Made by a program: the position numbers and the translations under genes. A stretch of DNA of 49,835 nucleotides from the NCBI GenBank assembly GCA_001512945.1, contig LFTF01000018.1, forward strand, positions 1,417-51,251. Direction: 5' to 3'. The DNA is from Clostridiales bacterium DTU023. GTDB lineage: Bacteria > Bacillota > Clostridia > Saccharofermentanales > DTU023. The notes below the pieces were generated by a model. The model saw nothing but the letters and a program-made list of their open reading frames with translations. It ran no database searches and had not been told where the DNA came from. Of the stretch, positions 46,738 through 49,835 are shown piece by piece; the first letter of the stretch is position 1; each line of letters begins with the position of its first letter.

Positions 46738-49145
46738 CTCATTCTGAATTAGATCAGTGCACATATCAGGCACATGGCAATTACGAGTCATCTTACAAAC
46801 ATGTCGGCCAGCCGTATGTTCGAAAAGATGCCCTTGAAAAAGTAACAGGCCAGGCACGTTATGCGTTTGACCTCGAGATGCCCGGTATGCTTTATGCCAA
46901 AACACTGCATTCGCCGCATGCCAGAGCAAAGATTGTTAGGATCGATAAGAGCAAAGCAGAGGCGCTATTAGGTGTCAAAGCCGTCGTGTGCGGAGAAGAC
47001 TGCGACACGCGAGTTGGTCTGTACATGCAGGACAAGCTCGCAATCGCAACGTGCGAAACGCGCTACCAGGGAGAAGTCGTTGCGGCCGTTGCGGCCACAA
47101 CAGAGGCAATCGCCGAGCGCGCCGTTTCCTTGATCGAAGTCGAGTACGAAGTACTTGAACCTGTCCGGAATCTGGACGATGCGCTAGCTGCCAAAATCCT
47201 CGTTCACGAGAACATCGCCGAAATCAAGCACGTTGAGGGTGTCTTTTTCCCGCAACCGGAATCCAACATCGCAAGCCTCAACAGAAGTCTAAAGGGTGAT
47301 CCGGATGCCGGTTTCGCAGATGCAGACCTTGTCCTTGAGAACAAGTTCACACTACCTGCCGTCGCGCACGTTCCTCTTGAAACGCATGTGGCGATCGTCG
47401 CGGCCGACCCATTCACCGATCGCATCCGTATCTGGTCGTCAGCGCAGTCACCCTTTGCTTTGCGGCAATTGATGGCGTGGAGCTTTAACGTTAAGGAATC
47501 CGACATTGAGGTTCATGTCCCCTACGTCGGTGGCGCTTTCGGCGGTAAGGCCGGTATCCATCTCGAACCACTGATTGCGATACTCTCGCGCGCCAGCGGC
47601 GGCGCTCCCGTCAAGCTTCGCATGACGCGTGAACAGGAATTCAACTACCTGCCAACACGTGCCGGCATGAGAGGCAAAATAAAGACGGGTGTCAAAAAAG
47701 ATGGCACGATCGTCGCATCAGATATCGTCTACGACTGGGACAGCGGTGCGTATGCGGACTACGGCGTCAACGTAGGTAAGACAGCTGTTTACGGAGGTCT
47801 AGGCCCCTACGACATCGACAACGCAGCGATCGTATCGAACACGGTTTACACGAACAAAGTGTTCAGTACCGCTTACCGCGGTTTCGGTCACCTTGAAACC
47901 TTGTGGACAGTTGAACGTCAGATGGACATTCTGTCACAGAAACTCGGCATCGATCCCTATGAATTCCGCATGAAAAATATCCTGCGTCCCGGTGCCACAA
48001 CCATTTCCGGCGAGCTTGTCACTGAAAGTACAGGCAGTCCTTCCGATTGTCTCTCGGCCGTCGTTAAAGAGATTGGTTGGACGGGACGCAAAAGCGAAGA
48101 AGATCGTAAACGTGAGTGGAAAACAGGCAAAATACGGGGCAAAGGATTTGCCATGATCCAGAAAGCGCCCGCGATGCCACCCAGCACAGCGACAGCAGTT
48201 ATTTTGCAAATGGCGGGTGACGGTCACATCAAGATGATGATAGGCGCGATCGATTACGGGCAAGGCGCCCTTACGGCGATGGCTCAAATAGTCGCGCAGG
48301 AACTCGATATCCCGATGGAGATGGTCGAAGTCGTCACAGAGACCAATACACAGACGAACCCATACGATTGGAACACGGTCGCCTCGAAGTATACCTTCAT
48401 GGGCGGCAACGCAACGATCCAGGCATGCGGCAAAATGCTTGACCAGATGAAAGACATCGCCGGTCAGGCACTGCACTGCGCACCTGAATTCTTGACACAC
48501 GGCGGTGGTTACATCTACAACGTGCATCGCCCCGACCGCAGGGTTGCGTACAAGGATATGTCGCTTGGATACGCGTACCCCGATGGCAATGGCATAGGAG
48601 GACCGCTTATTGCTCACGGCATCTGCATGGCAGACGGTCTGACCAACCTGGATCCCAAAACAGGCGCAGGAAGTCCGGCGCTTGCCTGGACGTTCGGCGC
48701 ACATGCTGTCGATATCGAAGTCGATGTCGAGTCTGGCAACATTACTGTTTTGAAAGTTGCCTCGGCATTTGACATCGGTCAAGTCATCAACGAGCGAATG
48801 GTTTATGGACAGGTTGTGGGCGGCGTAATGCAGGGCATCGGCTCTGCCATCCTCGAAGGATATAAATTTAGCCCTGATAACGTCCTTATGAACCCGTCAT
48901 TTACAGACAACAAGATTCCGACGATGAAGGACATGCCGGTTGAGGTCGTCCCGATCTATATCGAGAACCCACAGCTGAATGGCCCCTATGGAGCCCGAGG
49001 TGTGGCGGAGCATACGATGATTTCGATCCCGTCGGCCATCGGAAACGCGCTCTATGACGCGCTTGGAATCAATTACTACCATCTACCTCTCACACCTGAG
49101 AACGTCGCGCTCGGCATTATCAGTGGAGAAAAAGATATTTATTAA
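46734..49145 (+). CDS. Molybdenum hydroxylase molybdopterin-binding (large) subunit, xanthine-oxidase family, substrate unknown
   Basis: a/b-hammerhead N-domain (VRKDALEKVTGQARYAFD), VGGAFGGKAG, AYRGFGH, and the C-terminal catalytic-Glu motif ARGVAEH. Its ATGA overlaps the small-subunit stop. Confidence 0.92.
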   Translation: MTHSELDQCTYQAHGNYESSYKHVGQPYVRKDALEKVTGQARYAFDLEMPGMLYAKTLHSPHARAKIVRIDKSKAEALLGVKAVVCGEDCDTRVGLYMQDKLAIATCETRYQGEVVAAVAATTEAIAERAVSLIEVEYEVLEPVRNLDDALAAKILVHENIAEIKHVEGVFFPQPESNIASLNRSLKGDPDAGFADADLVLENKFTLPAVAHVPLETHVAIVAADPFTDRIRIWSSAQSPFALRQLMAWSFNVKESDIEVHVPYVGGAFGGKAGIHLEPLIAILSRASGGAPVKLRMTREQEFNYLPTRAGMRGKIKTGVKKDGTIVASDIVYDWDSGAYADYGVNVGKTAVYGGLGPYDIDNAAIVSNTVYTNKVFSTAYRGFGHLETLWTVERQMDILSQKLGIDPYEFRMKNILRPGATTISGELVTESTGSPSDCLSAVVKEIGWTGRKSEEDRKREWKTGKIRGKGFAMIQKAPAMPPSTATAVILQMAGDGHIKMMIGAIDYGQGALTAMAQIVAQELDIPMEMVEVVTETNTQTNPYDWNTVASKYTFMGGNATIQACGKMLDQMKDIAGQALHCAPEFLTHGGGYIYNVHRPDRRVAYKDMSLGYAYPDGNGIGGPLIAHGICMADGLTNLDPKTGAGSPALAWTFGAHAVDIEVDVESGNITVLKVASAFDIGQVINERMVYGQVVGGVMQGIGSAILEGYKFSPDNVLMNPSFTDNKIPTMKDMPVEVVPIYIENPQLNGPYGARGVAEHTMISIPSAIGNALYDALGINYYHLPLTPENVALGIISGEKDIY

Positions 49146-49199
49146 AACTTCGTGTCGTTGATCCCACAATCAAAACGGGATCAGATGTAATACTGATTA

Positions 49200-49246
49200 C
49201 AGATCCGCTGCTGATTTTCAAAGATCAGTAGCGGATCTGCTTTTTA
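49200..49246 (+). terminator. Rho-independent terminator of the Mo-hydroxylase operon
   Basis: CAGATCCGCTGCTGAT-tttcaaag-ATCAGTAGCGGATCTG forms a 16-bp stem with one G-U. After a single C it is followed by TTTTT. A smaller hairpin at 49159-49183 precedes it. Confidence 0.85.
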
Positions 49247-49421
49247 TACGGTACCGCCAATAGTTTTTCGCATATTGACCTAGATTATTTGGCAGCATAA
49301 GGAATTCATAATATTACTTGTAAACTCGATGGTTTTGATGATATGTTTTTAAAAGGCAGTGTAGTTAAGAAAGGCTATTAGAAGCGGTCTACAGATAAGG
49401 CTCCGATGAAGGACAATATAG

Positions 49422-49835
49422 ATGAACGAAAAGATTAAGCTCAGGTACGGTGTTGATGAAAAATTGCCCTTTTCGGATACATTCTTTTACGGACTGCAAT
49501 GGTTAGCCGTCAGCCTACCCACCATTGTCGTTTTGGGCCAGATAGTCGCCAACCTCCATTTTTCTGATCCGCAAGCTCAAGTGAATTACATGCAAAAAAT
49601 CTTCTTTGTCATGGCGCTCAGCATGTTGCTTCAGCTCTTTTTTGGACACCGCCTGCCGGCTGTCGTCGGGCCAGCTTCTATTCTTCTGGTTGCTATTACA
49701 GCCAGTCAGGGCGCAAGTTTAGACAGTATCTACAGCTCTATCTTAATCGGCGGCGCGCTCCTGACGTTATTCAGTGTGAGTGGTCTTTTTTCAAAATTGG
49801 AAAAACTCTTTACCCGCCAGGTAGTCGCCACCATC
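49422..49835 (+). CDS. NCS2/NAT-family nucleobase permease, N-terminal 138 codons (runs off right edge)
   Basis: Edge-truncated, so absent from the ORF track. ATG 49422 has GAAGGA 8 nt upstream. Translation: MNEKIKLRYGVDEKLPFSDTFFYGLQWLAVSLPTIVVLGQIV...FGHRLPAVVGPASILLVAI. The hydrophobic helices and the G.Q-type first-TM motif are typical of xanthine/uracil-type permeases. Confidence 0.65.
   Translation, partial: MNEKIKLRYGVDEKLPFSDTFFYGLQWLAVSLPTIVVLGQIVANLHFSDPQAQVNYMQKIFFVMALSMLLQLFFGHRLPAVVGPASILLVAITASQGASLDSIYSSILIGGALLTLFSVSGLFSKLEKLFTRQVVATI

Noticed and set aside
47934-48782. 282-aa minus-strand ORF inside the Mo-pterin subunit gene
   Set aside because: It is antisense to a well-supported 803-aa gene, has no RBS and shows no recognisable motif.
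49159-49183. Hairpin TGATCCC-N11-GGGATCA right after the Mo-subunit stop
   Set aside because: It has a short stem, a large loop and no U tract. The strong terminator at 49200-49246 explains termination, so this hairpin is not reported as a separate feature.
1-49835. Searched by eye for CRISPR arrays, IS/transposase or integrase genes, toxin-antitoxin pairs and defence-system hallmarks
   Set aside because: None found. There are no regularly spaced direct repeats, no DDE or tyrosine-recombinase-like ORFs and no terminal inverted repeats flanking the accessory region. The only tRNA is not adjacent to any integrase.

Overview
Firmicutes/Clostridia-type chromosomal segment. Every gene from base 1 to 44874 is on the minus strand, and only the last ~4.5 kb switches to plus. 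Three blocks are visible. (1) 1-24 kb is core housekeeping: an edge-truncated membrane protein, ddl, a coiled-coil protein, coaD, rsmD, recG, nth, an HtrA-like PDZ protein, an OmpR/HisKA two-component pair and nrdR. It continues with a compact dcw cluster: mraZ-rsmH-ftsL-PBP(PASTA)-murF-mraY-ftsW-murG-ftsQ/divIB-sbp-ftsZ. (2) 24-35.3 kb holds rodA-lgt and the classical tRNA / rimP-nusA-ylxR-infB-rbfA-nrnA-truB-ribF string. (3) 35.4-49.8 kb is an accessory nucleobase-catabolism region. It contains a UraA-type uracil permease, an AEC-family transporter and a cyclase-family (kynurenine-formamidase/isatin-hydrolase-like) hydrolase. It also holds homologues of the E. coli fdrA/ylbE/ylbF trio (FdrA, DUF1116, DUF2877) headed by a PucR-type regulator. 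Across a 459-bp AT-rich control region lies a divergent three-subunit molybdenum hydroxylase (FAD, 2Fe-2S, Mo-pterin) followed by a second NCS2 permease. No CRISPR array, transposase, integrase or phage gene was seen. The most interesting part is block 3. It joins a Mo-hydroxylase whose GGK motif is followed by Ala, not the purine-contacting Glu, to a carbamoyltransferase-type trio and a ring-amide hydrolase. No carbamate kinase, allantoinase or ureidoglycolate gene is in view, so I propose an uncharacterised nucleobase (possibly oxidative pyrimidine) route. Supporting details are a 58-codon ORF absent from the ORF track that matches the C-terminal tail of E. coli FdrA, and a 12-nt motif shared by both divergent leaders. 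In the core region I also note GTGG repeats (MraZ-operator-like) over the mraZ promoter, a promoter-proximal terminator in the rimP-nusA leader, and an HtrA-like protein that seems to lack the catalytic His and Ser. All functional calls rest on motif recognition and remembered homologues. No searches were run.
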